Origin: Escherichia phage teqdroes | Direction: 5' to 3' (one strand) | Sequence record: NC_054932.1 | Length of the DNA: 64,000 nucleotides | In this document: positions 47,361 to 57,271 of the stretch, in pieces | Layout of the letters: every line of letters starts with the position of its first letter | How positions within the stretch are numbered: position 1 is the stretch's first letter | Made by a program: the position numbers and the translations under genes | The notes under the pieces: model-generated | Told to the model about the DNA's origin: nothing | The model's input: only the letters and a program-made list of their open reading frames with translations | The model's database searches: none

Positions 47361-47798
47361 ATGATTAAAAATAATGCTGTTTATCAATTGAAAAAATTTG
47401 ATGAAATTAAGAATTTTTCGGTACTGTCTAATACAGCTCATAATAAGTTTTGTGAACTTCTTGGTTTAACTGGCGGATATCCTTTTACTGTTATTAGTGT
47501 TAATAGCGGAATTCTTATCGGTATGATGTATATTGAAATTAGAAACTATTATGGAATGGTATCACCGCTTATTATTTATGAAAAAGATTTTAGTCTATTG
47601 ACAGAAATTGAAAAACCTGAAGATCCAACTGATCTACTGTGTAAGGCAGTTTATATTCGTCGTCCATTCGCGAATCCTGTGGGTGGATGGGTGACTGATC
47701 AGTGGATTGAAGATGGTGTTGAACTTCTGAACGTAGTTCATGCTGGAGAGTACTCTGTAGTTCCTCGCAGCGCAGTGATTAATGTTCGTGTAAGCTAG
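47361..47798 (+). CDS. hypothetical protein, 145 aa (tandem paralogue 1)
   Basis: C-terminal motif TDQWIEDGVEL shared with 47872 ORF. Confidence 0.5.
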   Translation: MIKNNAVYQLKKFDEIKNFSVLSNTAHNKFCELLGLTGGYPFTVISVNSGILIGMMYIEIRNYYGMVSPLIIYEKDFSLLTEIEKPEDPTDLLCKAVYIRRPFANPVGGWVTDQWIEDGVELLNVVHAGEYSVVPRSAVINVRVS

Positions 47799-47827
47799 TT
47801 TACAAACTCTTGGGACCAGAGTATAAT
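47798..47827 (+). promoter_or_regulatory. T4-type early promoter
   Basis: GTTTAC, 18-bp spacer, TATAAT. Confidence 0.55.
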
Positions 47828-47871
47828 GGTCCCGTGGAGTATAAAATCTTTTTAACAAGTGAGAGATAACT

Positions 47872-48363
47872 ATGATTATTAATATTGGTGAATTAGCTCG
47901 TGTATCTGATAAATCCCGCTCTAAAGCGGCAGGAAAATTGGTCGAAGTTGTAAGCATTCAGCTTAAACACGGTGTTAAAGATGAAGATTCTGAAGTAAAA
48001 GTGCGTATCATTCCTAAAGATGGAAAGTCTAAACCTCAGTTTGGCTATGTTCGTGCGAAATTTCTTGAATCTGCGTTTTTGAAAGCTGTTCCTGCTAAAG
48101 GAATTGAAACGATTGATACTTCGCATGTAGGTGTAGACTTTAAGTGGAAACTCGGTCAGGCTATTAAGTTCGTTGCTCCTTATGAGTTTGAATTTACTGA
48201 AGGTGAGGAAGGTGTTGTTAACCGTACTCGCGCTATGTGTGCATACATTACTGATCAATGGGTAGAAGATGGCGTTAAGTTATACAACGCGGTATTTTTA
48301 GGAACATACAAAGTCATTCCTGAAAGTTGGATTAAACACTATAGCAAAGCTCGCTATGCATAA
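47872..48363 (+). CDS. hypothetical protein, 163 aa (tandem paralogue 2)
   Basis: C-terminal motif TDQWVEDGVKL. Confidence 0.5.
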   Translation: MIINIGELARVSDKSRSKAAGKLVEVVSIQLKHGVKDEDSEVKVRIIPKDGKSKPQFGYVRAKFLESAFLKAVPAKGIETIDTSHVGVDFKWKLGQAIKFVAPYEFEFTEGEEGVVNRTRAMCAYITDQWVEDGVKLYNAVFLGTYKVIPESWIKHYSKARYA

Positions 48364-48386
48364 AGTTTAAAATTTTTTCATAAAAC

Positions 48387-48417
48387 TATATACATCAGTA
48401 GTTGATTATGGTACTAT
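48387..48417 (+). promoter_or_regulatory. early-promoter-like element
   Basis: UP element AAAATTTTTTCATAAAAC, degenerate -35, TGG-TACTAT. Confidence 0.4.
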
Positions 48418-48460
48418 ATCAATATCAACTACTGATACAGAAAACAACTTGGAGAATAAA

Positions 48461-48730
48461 ATGGAAAATTTAATTATCATCGAGCAATCTTTCAATGATT
48501 ATGGTATGGCTTACGGTTATCGTGCGATAATGGAAGATTCTCGTGGATGTGTTATCGATATTGCTGAATGTAAAGATTTACTGCAGCTTTTGAAGATTGT
48601 TCGCAAAAATTGGGATTGTGAAAACATTAAAGCTCGTGTTGTAACGGAAGAAGAAACTGTTTTTCATGATGTAAAATTTGCCAAAGGTGCTGCTACTCTT
48701 CTGAAACGCATCGCTCCACTGTTCAATTAA
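48461..48730 (+). CDS. hypothetical protein, 89 aa
   Basis: ORF track frame; second ATG chosen downstream of promoter. Confidence 0.45.
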   Translation: MENLIIIEQSFNDYGMAYGYRAIMEDSRGCVIDIAECKDLLQLLKIVRKNWDCENIKARVVTEEETVFHDVKFAKGAATLLKRIAPLFN

Positions 48731-48743
48731 TGAGGAAATTGTA

Positions 48744-48959
48744 ATGAAACGTAAAATTGTTCAGAACTGCACTAATGACGAATTTGAAGATGTATTATTC
48801 GATCCAAATTTGGTAGTAGTTCAAAAGGAACACACCATCAAGTTTACTCACTTGACTTCGGTTTATGTGTATGAAAAGGTTGGTGATAAACAACCGATTT
48901 ACGGTGTATTCCGTGAAATCACTGAAGACGGTACAACTTACTGGAAGGAAATTTATTAA
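48744..48959 (+). CDS. hypothetical protein, 71 aa
   Basis: ORF track; GAGGAAA Shine-Dalgarno. Confidence 0.5.
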   Translation: MKRKIVQNCTNDEFEDVLFDPNLVVVQKEHTIKFTHLTSVYVYEKVGDKQPIYGVFREITEDGTTYWKEIY

Positions 48960-49384
48960 TGGCTATTAGATTTGAAGTTAATAAATGGTATCAATTTAAA
49001 AATAAACAAGCTCAAGAAGCTTTTATTAAAGACCATACTGAAAACGGAATTTATGCACGACGTTTAGGTATGGAACCTTTTAAAGTTATAGATATTGACT
49101 ATCTTGGTCGTCCAACTAAAATTATGTCATCTACTGGAAGATTGGCATTATCCTCCGGTAAAGATATTTTGGATGAAGATTTTATTTGGCTTTCTACTAG
49201 CGAAGCTGAATTCTTTGATGAAGTTGAAAATCCATACCAGGCAGCTGAAGAGCAAGAGCAGGAAGAGAAAGAGCAAGAACAAATAGAAGATTTCACAGAA
49301 TTCCCGGTCATGAAAGTTACTATTGAAAATAATGAACATGCATGGTCCTTGTATCAGATGTTGAAAGCACATTTTAAGGAATAA
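48959..49384 (+). CDS. hypothetical protein with acidic low-complexity stretch, 141 aa
   Basis: ORF track; [12 protein letters not shown] run. Confidence 0.5.
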   Translation: MAIRFEVNKWYQFKNKQAQEAFIKDHTENGIYARRLGMEPFKVIDIDYLGRPTKIMSSTGRLALSSGKDILDEDFIWLSTSEAEFFDEVENPYQAAEEQEQEEKEQEQIEDFTEFPVMKVTIENNEHAWSLYQMLKAHFKE

Positions 49385-49386
49385 TT

Positions 49387-49563
49387 ATGCCAATGTATGA
49401 TTATAAATGCCAATCCGAAGATTGCGGGCATGAATATGAAAAAATTAAAAAGATTTCTGAACGAGAAAATGATGTTTGCCCTAAATGTCATCGTTTGTCT
49501 ACTCGTCGGCCTTCTGCTCCTAAGCATGTGAATGGTGGTTTTTACGACTTACTTAAAGGGTAA
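49387..49563 (+). CDS. FmdB-like zinc-ribbon protein, 58 aa
   Basis: Not in ORF track; MPMYDYKCQSEDCGHEYE...CPKCH motif. Confidence 0.45.
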   Translation: MPMYDYKCQSEDCGHEYEKIKKISERENDVCPKCHRLSTRRPSAPKHVNGGFYDLLKG

Positions 49564-49565
49564 TT

Positions 49566-49937
49566 ATGTTTAAAATCGGTAAGAAATATTGCATTCGTGA
49601 AGGTGAAGAACAGAAATATCTACTTTCTGCTAGTAATAGGAATAGTTCTATTAATGTTGTAATATTGACTAGTGAATTTATCGTTGAAGATATGAAAGGT
49701 CATAATGTTATAATGATTAGTACAGCATCTGGAAATGATGGAAAAATTCTTCATAGTTGTCAGAGTAATGTTCTAATTTATGATGAAGAATTTGACTTCT
49801 TCGAAGAAGTCACAGAAGATTTTGATTTTGAATGCACTATTACTATGAAATCTGGCGACCCTCTTTCTTTTACAGTTAAAGATGAAAGAAGCCGTTTAAG
49901 AATTATTAGTCTCCTTCAAGCCATTAAATTTAAGTGA
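49566..49937 (+). CDS. hypothetical protein, 123 aa
   Basis: ORF track. Confidence 0.5.
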   Translation: MFKIGKKYCIREGEEQKYLLSASNRNSSINVVILTSEFIVEDMKGHNVIMISTASGNDGKILHSCQSNVLIYDEEFDFFEEVTEDFDFECTITMKSGDPLSFTVKDERSRLRIISLLQAIKFK

Positions 49938-50203
49938 AAATTATGAAATATGTTAATCGTTCTATCGCAGCATTAGTATTAGCAGTATCTTTAGTAGGAT
50001 GCACTGATGCTGATAATGCAACTAAAATTTTATCATCAAGTGGTTTTACGAATATTGAAATCACTGGATATAACTGGTTCGGTTGCTCTGAAAATGATTT
50101 CCAACATACTGGATTTCGTGCTGTTGGACCTACTGGGCAGAAAGTAGAAGGAACAGTATGTTCTGGGCTGTTCTTTAAGGATTCAACTATTCGTTTTAAA
50201 TAA
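49934..50203 (+). CDS. putative lipoprotein, 89 aa
   Basis: Signal peptide with lipobox LVGC. Confidence 0.55.
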   Translation: MKIMKYVNRSIAALVLAVSLVGCTDADNATKILSSSGFTNIEITGYNWFGCSENDFQHTGFRAVGPTGQKVEGTVCSGLFFKDSTIRFK

Positions 50204-50220
50204 AAGGCCTTCGGGCCTTT
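50203..50220 (+). terminator. UUCG-tetraloop terminator
   Basis: AAAGGCC-TTCG-GGCCTTT. Confidence 0.6.
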
Positions 50221-50245
50221 AGCTTTATGATTACCGGAGTATAAT
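50221..50245 (+). promoter_or_regulatory. middle-promoter-like element for gene 39
   Basis: AGCTTTA box, 11 bp, TATAAT. Confidence 0.4.
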
Positions 50246-50272
50246 ATTCCCGAAACCAAACGAGGATAAGTG

Positions 50273-52090
50273 ATGATTAAGAATGAAATTAAAATTCTGA
50301 GCGATATTGAACATATCAAAAAGCGTAGCGGCATGTATATTGGCTCTTCTGCTAATGAAATGCATGAGCGCTTTCTGTTTGGTAAATGGGAAAGTGTTCA
50401 GTATGTACCTGGTCTTGTTAAGCTTATTGATGAAATTATCGATAACTCAGTAGATGAAGGTATTCGTACTAAGTTTAAATTCGCAAATAAAATTAATGTT
50501 ACTATCAAAAACAATCAAGTAACAGTTGAAGATAACGGTCGTGGTATTCCACAAGCGATGGTTAAAACACCTACCGGTGAAGAAATTCCTGGTCCAGTTG
50601 CTGCTTGGACTATTCCAAAAGCGGGTGGTAACTTTGGTGATGATAAAGAACGTGTCACCGGTGGTATGAATGGTGTTGGTTCTAGTTTAACTAACATTTT
50701 TTCTGTGATGTTTGTCGGTGAAACTGGCGATGGTCAAAATAATATTGTAGTTCGTTGTTCAAATGGCATGGAAAATAAATCCTGGGAAACTATTCCTGGA
50801 AAATGGAAAGGAACTCGTGTTACTTTCATTCCAGATTTTATGTCATTTGAAACTAATGAGCTGTCCCAAGTTTATCTTGACATTACACTGGATCGTCTCC
50901 AGACACTTGCAGTAGTTTATCCTGATATTCAATTTACCTTTAATGGTAAAAAGGTTCAGGGTAATTTTAAGAAATATGCACGACAGTATGATGAACATGC
51001 TATTGTTCAAGAACAAGAAAATTGTTCTATTGCGGTTGGTCGTTCACCGGATGGATTTCGCCAATTAACTTATGTGAATAACATTCACACTAAGAATGGT
51101 GGCCATCACATTGACTGTGTTATGGATGATATTTGTGAAGACCTTATTCCACAAATCAAACGTAAGTTCAAAATTGATGTAACTAAAGCACGTGTCAAAG
51201 AATGTTTGACTATCGTTATGTTTGTCCGTGATATGAAAAACATGCGATTTGATTCTCAAACTAAAGAGCGTTTGACTTCTCCATTTGGTGAAATCCGTAG
51301 TCATATTCAACTTGACGCTAAAAAGATTTCACGCGCTATTCTAAATAATGAAGCAATTCTGATGCCAATTATTGAAGCTGCACTAGCTCGTAAATTGGCA
51401 GCAGAAAAAGCAGCTGAAACTAAAGCAGCTAAAAAGGCTTCTAAAGCTAAAGTTCATAAACATATCAAAGCGAATCTTTGCGGTAAAGATGCTGATACTA
51501 CTCTTTTCTTGACTGAGGGTGATTCTGCTATCGGATATCTTATTGATGTTCGTGATAAAGAACTTCATGGTGGTTATCCATTGCGTGGTAAAGTTCTCAA
51601 CAGTTGGGGTATGTCATATGCTGATATGCTTAAAAACAAAGAACTATTTGATATTTGCGCAATCACTGGATTAGTTCTTGGTGAAAAAGCTGAAAACTTG
51701 AATTATCATAATATTGCTATTATGACTGATGCTGACCATGATGGTCTAGGAAGCATTTATCCTTCTCTTCTTGGATTTTTTAGTAATTGGCCAGAACTGT
51801 TTGAGCAAGGACGAATTCGCTTTGTCAAAACTCCTGTAATCATCGCTCAGGTCGGTAAAAAACAAGAATGGTTTTATACAGTCGCTGAATATGAGAGTGC
51901 CAAAGATGCTCTACCTAAACATAGCATCCGTTATATTAAAGGACTTGGCTCTTTGGAAAAATCTGAATATCGTGAGATGATTCAAAATCCAGTATATGAT
52001 GTTGTTAAACTTCCTGAGAACTGGAAAGAGCTTTTTGAAATGCTCATGGGAGATAATGCTGACCTTCGCAAAGAATGGATGAGCCAGTAG
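50273..52090 (+). CDS. 39: DNA topoisomerase II large subunit, fused gene 39 plus gene 60 equivalent
   Basis: 605 aa; GyrB-like ATPase and TOPRIM; C-terminal part TDADHDGLGSIYPS... corresponds to T4 gp60 read continuously. Confidence 0.92.
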   Translation: MIKNEIKILSDIEHIKKRSGMYIGSSANEMHERFLFGKWESVQYVPGLVKLIDEIIDNSVDEGIRTKFKFANKINVTIKNNQVTVEDNGRGIPQAMVKTPTGEEIPGPVAAWTIPKAGGNFGDDKERVTGGMNGVGSSLTNIFSVMFVGETGDGQNNIVVRCSNGMENKSWETIPGKWKGTRVTFIPDFMSFETNELSQVYLDITLDRLQTLAVVYPDIQFTFNGKKVQGNFKKYARQYDEHAIVQEQENCSIAVGRSPDGFRQLTYVNNIHTKNGGHHIDCVMDDICEDLIPQIKRKFKIDVTKARVKECLTIVMFVRDMKNMRFDSQTKERLTSPFGEIRSHIQLDAKKISRAILNNEAILMPIIEAALARKLAAEKAAETKAAKKASKAKVHKHIKANLCGKDADTTLFLTEGDSAIGYLIDVRDKELHGGYPLRGKVLNSWGMSYADMLKNKELFDICAITGLVLGEKAENLNYHNIAIMTDADHDGLGSIYPSLLGFFSNWPELFEQGRIRFVKTPVIIAQVGKKQEWFYTVAEYESAKDALPKHSIRYIKGLGSLEKSEYREMIQNPVYDVVKLPENWKELFEMLMGDNADLRKEWMSQ

Positions 52091-52119
52091 TTTACTTTAC
52101 CACAAGGATGTGGTATAAT
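52090..52119 (+). promoter_or_regulatory. T4-type early promoter
   Basis: GTTTAC, 18-bp spacer, TGG-TATAAT. Confidence 0.55.
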
Positions 52120-52144
52120 TAATTGGGCAAATGAGGATATTGGA

Positions 52145-52348
52145 ATGAAATCATATAAAGTAAATTTAGAACTTTTTGATAAAGCAGTTCATCGAGAATA
52201 TAGAATCATTCAACGCTTTTTCGATATGGGAGAAGCCGAAGAATTTAAAAACCGCTTTAAAGATATTAGAGATAAAATTCAATCCGACACCGCAACTAAA
52301 GACGAACTACTAGAAGTTGCTGAAGTTATTAAACGCAATATGAATTAA
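52145..52348 (+). CDS. hypothetical protein, 67 aa
   Basis: ORF track; position of T4 rIIA.1. Confidence 0.5.
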   Translation: MKSYKVNLELFDKAVHREYRIIQRFFDMGEAEEFKNRFKDIRDKIQSDTATKDELLEVAEVIKRNMN

Positions 52349-52358
52349 TGAGGAAATT

Positions 52359-54536
52359 ATGATTATCACCACTGAAAAAGAAACTATTCTTGGCAATGGT
52401 TCTAAATCAAAAGCATTTAGCATCACAGCATCTCCTAAAGTATTTAAAATTCTGTCATCTGATTTGTATACAAACAAAATTCGCGCAGTAGTCCGTGAAT
52501 TGATTACCAACATGATTGATGCCCATGCTCTCAATGGAAATCCTGAAAAATTTATCATTCAAGTTCCTGGACGTTTAGATCCACGATTTGTTTGCCGAGA
52601 TTTTGGTCCGGGTATGAGTGATTTTGATATTCAGGGTGATGATAATTCTCCTGGTTTGTATAATTCATACTTCAGTTCATCTAAGGCTGAATCTAACGAT
52701 TTCATTGGCGGATTTGGTTTAGGTTCTAAATCTCCGTTTAGTTATACTGATACATTTAGTATTACTTCGTATCATAAAGGCGAAATTCGTGGTTATGTAG
52801 CTTACATGGATGGCGATGGTCCACAAATTAAACCTACATTCGTGAAAGAAATGGGTCCAGATGATAAAACTGGTATTGAAATCGTAGTTCCAGTTGAAGA
52901 AAAAGACTTTAGAAACTTTGCTTATGAAGTTTCTTATATCATGCGACCGTTCAAAGATTTGGCTATCATTAATGGTCTTGACCGCGAAATTGATTATTTT
53001 CCGGATTTTGATGACTATTACGGTGTAAATCCAGAAAGATACTGGCCTGATCGTGGTGGATTATATGCTATCTATGGTGGTATTGTTTATCCTATCGATG
53101 GTGTTATTAGAGACCGTAACTGGCTAAGCATTCGTAATGAAGTGAATTACATTAAATTTCCAATGGGTTCACTTGATATTGCTCCATCACGTGAAGCTCT
53201 TTCATTAGATGATCGCACTCGTAAAAATATTATTGAACGAGTTAAAGAGCTTAGTGAGAAAGCATTTAATGAAGATGTAAAACGATTTAAAGAATCTACA
53301 TCTCCTCGTCACACATATCGTGAATTGATGAAGATGGGGTATTCTGCTCGAGATTATATGATTAGTAATTCAGTCAAATTCACGACTAAAAATCTGTCAT
53401 ATAAGAAAATGCAGAGCATGTTTGAACCTGACAGTAAGTTATGTAATGCAGGAGTTGTGTATGAAGTAAATCTTGACCCTCGACTGAAGCGCATTAAGCA
53501 AAGTCATGAAACATCAGCCGTTGCGTCAAGTTATCGTCTGTTTGGTATTAATACAACAAAAATTAATATCGTTATTGATAATATTAAAAATCGTGTTAAT
53601 ATTGTCCGTGGATTAGCACATGCGCTAGATGATAGTGAATTTAATAACACTTTAAATATTCATCACAATGAGCGTCTTCTGTTTATTAATCCGGAAGTAG
53701 AATCGCAGATTGATTTACTACCTGATATTATGGCAATGTTTGAAAGTGATGAAGTTAACATTCATTATTTGTCAGAAATTGAAGCTTTAGTTAAAAGCTA
53801 TATTCCAAAGGTAGTTAAAAGTAAAGCTCCTCGTCCTAAAGCTGCTACAGCATTTAAATTTGAAATTAAAGATGGACGATGGGAAAAAGAGGAACTATTT
53901 ACACTTACGTCAGAAGCAGATGAAATTACTGGTTATGTAGCGTATATGCATCGTTCTGATATTTTCTCTATGGATGGTACTACATCTCTTTGTCATCCAT
54001 CTATGAATATTTTGATTCGTATGGCTAATCTTATTGGCATTAATGAATTTTATGTTATTCGTCCGCTTTTACAGAAAAAGGTAAAAGAACTCGGTCAGTG
54101 CCAATGTATTTTTGAAGCTTTGCGTGATTTATATGTAGATGCTTTTGATGATGTAGATTATGATAAGTACGTAGGTTATTCAAGTTCAGCTCAACGATAT
54201 ATTGATAAAATTATCAAGTATCCTGAACTAGATTTTATGATGAAGTACTTCAGTACAGATGAAGTTTCTGAAGAATATACACGACTCGCTAATATAGTTA
54301 GTTCATTGCGCGGCGTATATTTTAATGGTGGAAAAGATACCATCGGTCATGACATCTGGACAGTAACTAATCTTTTTGATGTATTATCAAATAATGCTTC
54401 AAAAAACAGTGATAAAATGGTTGCTGAGTTTACCAAGAAATTCCGTATTGTTTCCGACTTCATCGGATATCGCAACTCTTTAAGTGATGATGAAGTTTCC
54501 CAAATCGCCAAAACTATGAAGGCCCTTGCGGCCTAA
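52359..54536 (+). CDS. rIIA: rIIA, membrane-associated lysis inhibition/exclusion protein
   Basis: 725 aa; N-terminus [20 protein letters not shown] and length match T4 rIIA. Confidence 0.95.
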   Translation: MIITTEKETILGNGSKSKAFSITASPKVFKILSSDLYTNKIRAVVRELITNMIDAHALNGNPEKFIIQVPGRLDPRFVCRDFGPGMSDFDIQGDDNSPGLYNSYFSSSKAESNDFIGGFGLGSKSPFSYTDTFSITSYHKGEIRGYVAYMDGDGPQIKPTFVKEMGPDDKTGIEIVVPVEEKDFRNFAYEVSYIMRPFKDLAIINGLDREIDYFPDFDDYYGVNPERYWPDRGGLYAIYGGIVYPIDGVIRDRNWLSIRNEVNYIKFPMGSLDIAPSREALSLDDRTRKNIIERVKELSEKAFNEDVKRFKESTSPRHTYRELMKMGYSARDYMISNSVKFTTKNLSYKKMQSMFEPDSKLCNAGVVYEVNLDPRLKRIKQSHETSAVASSYRLFGINTTKINIVIDNIKNRVNIVRGLAHALDDSEFNNTLNIHHNERLLFINPEVESQIDLLPDIMAMFESDEVNIHYLSEIEALVKSYIPKVVKSKAPRPKAATAFKFEIKDGRWEKEELFTLTSEADEITGYVAYMHRSDIFSMDGTTSLCHPSMNILIRMANLIGINEFYVIRPLLQKKVKELGQCQCIFEALRDLYVDAFDDVDYDKYVGYSSSAQRYIDKIIKYPELDFMMKYFSTDEVSEEYTRLANIVSSLRGVYFNGGKDTIGHDIWTVTNLFDVLSNNASKNSDKMVAEFTKKFRIVSDFIGYRNSLSDDEVSQIAKTMKALAA

Positions 54537-54547
54537 TAAGGAAAATT

Positions 54548-55486
54548 ATGTACAATATTAAATGCCTGACCAAAAACGAACAAGCTGAAATTGTTAAACT
54601 GTATTCAAGTGGTAATTACACTCAGCAGGAATTAGCTTATTGGAAGGATGTATCGGTTGACACAATCCGTCGTGTTTTGAAAAATGCTGAAGAAGCTAAA
54701 CGCCCTAAAGTTACTATTAGTGGTGATATTACAGTTAAAGTTAATAGCGATGCAGTTATTGCTCCAGTTGCTAAATCTGACATTATTTGGAATGCATCTA
54801 AAAAATTCATTTCAATTACTGTTGACGGTGTAACTTATAACGCAACTCCTAATACTCATTCAAACTTCCAGGAAATTCTTAATCTGCTTGTAGCGGATAA
54901 GCTGGAAGAAGCGGCACAAAAAATTAATGTTCGTCGTGCTGTTGAAAAATATATTTCCGGCGATGTTCGAATTGAAGGTGGAAGCTTGTTCTATCAAAAT
55001 ATTGAATTGCGGTCTGGTTTGGTTGATCGTATTCTTGACTCGATGGAAAAAGGCGAAAACTTTGAATTTTATTTTCCGTTCTTGGAAAATCTGCTGGAAA
55101 ACCCAAGCCAAAAAGCGGTATCTCGACTCTTTGATTTCTTGGTAGCAAACGATATTGAAATTACAGAAGATGGTTACTTCTATGCTTGGAAAGTAGTTCG
55201 CAGTAATTACTTTGACTGTCACTCAAATACCTTTGATAACAGTCCTGGTAAAGTAGTTAAAATGCCACGTACTCGTGTGAACGACGATGATACACAAACT
55301 TGTTCTCGTGGTCTGCATGTGTGTTCTAAATCTTATATTCGTCACTTTGGCAGTTCAACCAGTCGAGTCGTAAAAGTTAAAGTACATCCTCGCGATGTAG
55401 TATCAATTCCGATTGATTACAACGACGCTAAAATGCGTACCTGCCAATACGAAGTAGTTGAAGACGTTACTGAACAATTTAAATAA
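54548..55486 (+). CDS. rIIB: rIIB
   Basis: 312 aa; N-terminus MYNIKCLTKNEQAEIVKLYSSG; follows rIIA. Confidence 0.92.
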   Translation: MYNIKCLTKNEQAEIVKLYSSGNYTQQELAYWKDVSVDTIRRVLKNAEEAKRPKVTISGDITVKVNSDAVIAPVAKSDIIWNASKKFISITVDGVTYNATPNTHSNFQEILNLLVADKLEEAAQKINVRRAVEKYISGDVRIEGGSLFYQNIELRSGLVDRILDSMEKGENFEFYFPFLENLLENPSQKAVSRLFDFLVANDIEITEDGYFYAWKVVRSNYFDCHSNTFDNSPGKVVKMPRTRVNDDDTQTCSRGLHVCSKSYIRHFGSSTSRVVKVKVHPRDVVSIPIDYNDAKMRTCQYEVVEDVTEQFK

Positions 55487-55500
55487 GGGCTTCGGCCCTT
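55485..55500 (+). terminator. UUCG-tetraloop hairpin
   Basis: AAGGGC-TTCG-GCCCTT. Confidence 0.55.
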
Positions 55501-55514
55501 AACTAAGGAAAATT

Positions 55515-55709
55515 ATGTTAGGTTATCAAGCACGAGTAAAAGAAGAATACGATCAATTAATGCTCAAAATTAATGCACTGAGTAAATTTTTAGAAAGCGC
55601 AAAGTTTCTAACAGTTAGTGCAGTTGAGCAAGAACTGCTACTTTCACAGTTCATCTCAATGAAATCTTATGCTGAATGTCTAGAGAAAAGAATTGCACAA
55701 TTCAAGTAA
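55515..55709 (+). CDS. hypothetical helical protein, 64 aa
   Basis: ORF track; bracketed by two terminator hairpins. Confidence 0.5.
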   Translation: MLGYQARVKEEYDQLMLKINALSKFLESAKFLTVSAVEQELLLSQFISMKSYAECLEKRIAQFK

Positions 55710-55714
55710 AACAA

Positions 55715-55738
55715 AAGGGCTTCGGCCCTTTTGTTTTA
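55715..55738 (+). terminator. UUCG-tetraloop terminator
   Basis: AAAGGGC-TTCG-GCCCTTT plus T-rich tract. Confidence 0.6.
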
Positions 55739-55748
55739 AGGAAAAATT

Positions 55749-56078
55749 ATGATTTATTGTATGAATATCGGTGATTCCGACATAAAAGAGATTAAACTGC
55801 ACGGAAATCATCACGCTAATATTGTGTACTGTAATAAATTTGAGTTTGGTCACGAAAAACTTGGGTTTCTTTACTGTAATGATGTTATAGTCATGGATAA
55901 AAAGGAGCTCGATGAACTTGACCGCGAGTCTTTAGATGAAAATGACCGAATTTATTATGGCACTCTTAAAGTATATAACGCCTATCTCAGTGGTAAAAAG
56001 GAAAGTCTAAATGCAGAAAACGAATCCGGGTTTACAGAGACTATTTCAGATTCCGACATTTACCCTATCGAACAGTGA
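55749..56078 (+). CDS. hypothetical protein, 109 aa
   Basis: ORF track; 68-nt overlap with next gene. Confidence 0.45.
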   Translation: MIYCMNIGDSDIKEIKLHGNHHANIVYCNKFEFGHEKLGFLYCNDVIVMDKKELDELDRESLDENDRIYYGTLKVYNAYLSGKKESLNAENESGFTETISDSDIYPIEQ

Positions 56079-56568
56079 CTTGACTAGTGAAATGAAGGTC
56101 AAAATTGCTGATACAGCAAGATACTCTTTAAAACAAAACCCGAACCAGGATAAAGCAGAAGTTATTGAAAGATGTCGTATCGCTGTGTACGCAGAATTTT
56201 TTGTAGCAGATTGGTTAAGCGGGTATGTTAATAAAGGCCAAGAGGATGTTAATGACCCGTATACATACGCATGGGATGTATTGGCGCATCCAAGATACTG
56301 CGGGCTTCGTGTAGAAGTTAAGACACACCAAACTGACTCACGTTGGATTTCTGTAACAACAGGATGCAGCGGAGAGTATCCATACGGTTCTGGAATAAAT
56401 CTAGGGCCCATTCTAAATCATCAAGTCGCTGACTGTATAATTATATTCAACACTAAAGAAATTCATCCAGGTGTCATCCAGTACACTCCGAAGTTCATCG
56501 GTGACAGAGAAGACCTTCGTAAGGTTGTAAGAAAAAGCAACTACAACGGATGGTATCTTTCCATTTAA
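56011..56568 (+). CDS. denB: endonuclease IV DenB
   Basis: 185 aa, same length as T4 DenB; downstream of rIIB; AAAAAGGAAAG before ATG. Confidence 0.7.
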   Translation: MQKTNPGLQRLFQIPTFTLSNSDLTSEMKVKIADTARYSLKQNPNQDKAEVIERCRIAVYAEFFVADWLSGYVNKGQEDVNDPYTYAWDVLAHPRYCGLRVEVKTHQTDSRWISVTTGCSGEYPYGSGINLGPILNHQVADCIIIFNTKEIHPGVIQYTPKFIGDREDLRKVVRKSNYNGWYLSI

Positions 56569-56586
56569 AAAAAATTTCACAAAATG

Positions 56587-56616
56587 GTTTACATACCACA
56601 AGGACCGTGGTACTAT
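56587..56616 (+). promoter_or_regulatory. T4-type early promoter
   Basis: GTTTAC, 18-bp spacer, TGG-TACTAT; UP element. Confidence 0.6.
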
Positions 56617-56643
56617 ACAACTATCAGCTACGGAGGAGTAAAA

Positions 56644-56907
56644 ATGAAATTTAAATTTTATTACGCTAAACATAAAATTACCGGTGAATTTATTGCATTT
56701 ACGACTTCAACTACAGGTGAAGGAGATATTTTTACTGCAGTATTTTTATCAAAATGGGAATCAGATCAACCTTACTTATCATCACGTGAAGATCTCCAAC
56801 GATTAGTTAATGGAGAATATAATGATTCATGGTCATATTTAGTCCATGATTGTGTTAAAAAGGCAATAAAACAAAAACACCTGGAAATCATTGAGATTGA
56901 ACTATGA
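56644..56907 (+). CDS. hypothetical protein, 87 aa
   Basis: ATG after GGAGGAG; the ORF-track start lies in the promoter. Confidence 0.5.
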   Translation: MKFKFYYAKHKITGEFIAFTTSTTGEGDIFTAVFLSKWESDQPYLSSREDLQRLVNGEYNDSWSYLVHDCVKKAIKQKHLEIIEIEL

Positions 56908-56990
56908 GTTCATTATGGTGGTGTTTTGTTTGGTTAATTAGTATTCCATTAATTTGTTTAACATTTACTTTTGTGATGAGGTTATTATGA
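56904..56990 (+). CDS. hydrophobic micropeptide, 28 aa
   Basis: Not in ORF track; ATGA overlap; MSSLWWCFVWLISIPLICL. Confidence 0.3.
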   Translation: MSSLWWCFVWLISIPLICLTFTFVMRLL

Positions 56991-57085
56991 AAATTTTGAA
57001 TTCTGTACTTATTGCTTGTGCGTGGTGGGTTGCACAGGTTTCAGCGGTAGTAGTTGGTATTCACATTTATTACGAATATTTTTAA
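56987..57085 (+). CDS. hydrophobic micropeptide, 32 aa
   Basis: Not in ORF track; ATGA overlap. Confidence 0.3.
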   Translation: MKILNSVLIACAWWVAQVSAVVVGIHIYYEYF

Positions 57086-57092
57086 AAAAGTT

Positions 57093-57122
57093 GTTTACAA
57101 GACTGTTCTTCCGTGGTACTAT
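57093..57122 (+). promoter_or_regulatory. T4-type early promoter
   Basis: GTTTAC, 18-bp spacer, TGG-TACTAT. Confidence 0.6.
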
Positions 57123-57150
57123 TACCCTATCAACTACGGAGGAACAGAAA

Positions 57151-57264
57151 ATGAAAAAGATTGTTAAAGCTATATGGAATGTAGTTATAATACTAATAGT
57201 TTTGAGTATATTCCCAATCGTTTTAATGATTGATGTATTAAACGTTTACTTTGGATTTATGTGA
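57151..57264 (+). CDS. hydrophobic micropeptide, 37 aa
   Basis: Not in ORF track; GGAGGAACAGAAA before ATG. Confidence 0.35.
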   Translation: MKKIVKAIWNVVIILIVLSIFPIVLMIDVLNVYFGFM

Positions 57265-57271
57265 GGAAAAT

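Noticed and set aside
49095-49372. Three overlapping ORFs on both strands around 49100-49370
   Set aside because: Artefacts of the acidic low-complexity GAAGAGCAAGAG-type stretch of the 48959-49384 gene
50273-52090. Possible gene 60 translational bypass (50-nt hop) as in T4
   Set aside because: The reading frame is continuous through the DADHDG-LGSIYPS junction; no take-off or landing element present
54860-55222. Three overlapping ORFs (two minus, one plus) inside rIIB
   Set aside because: Embedded in the rIIB coding region; no independent start signals
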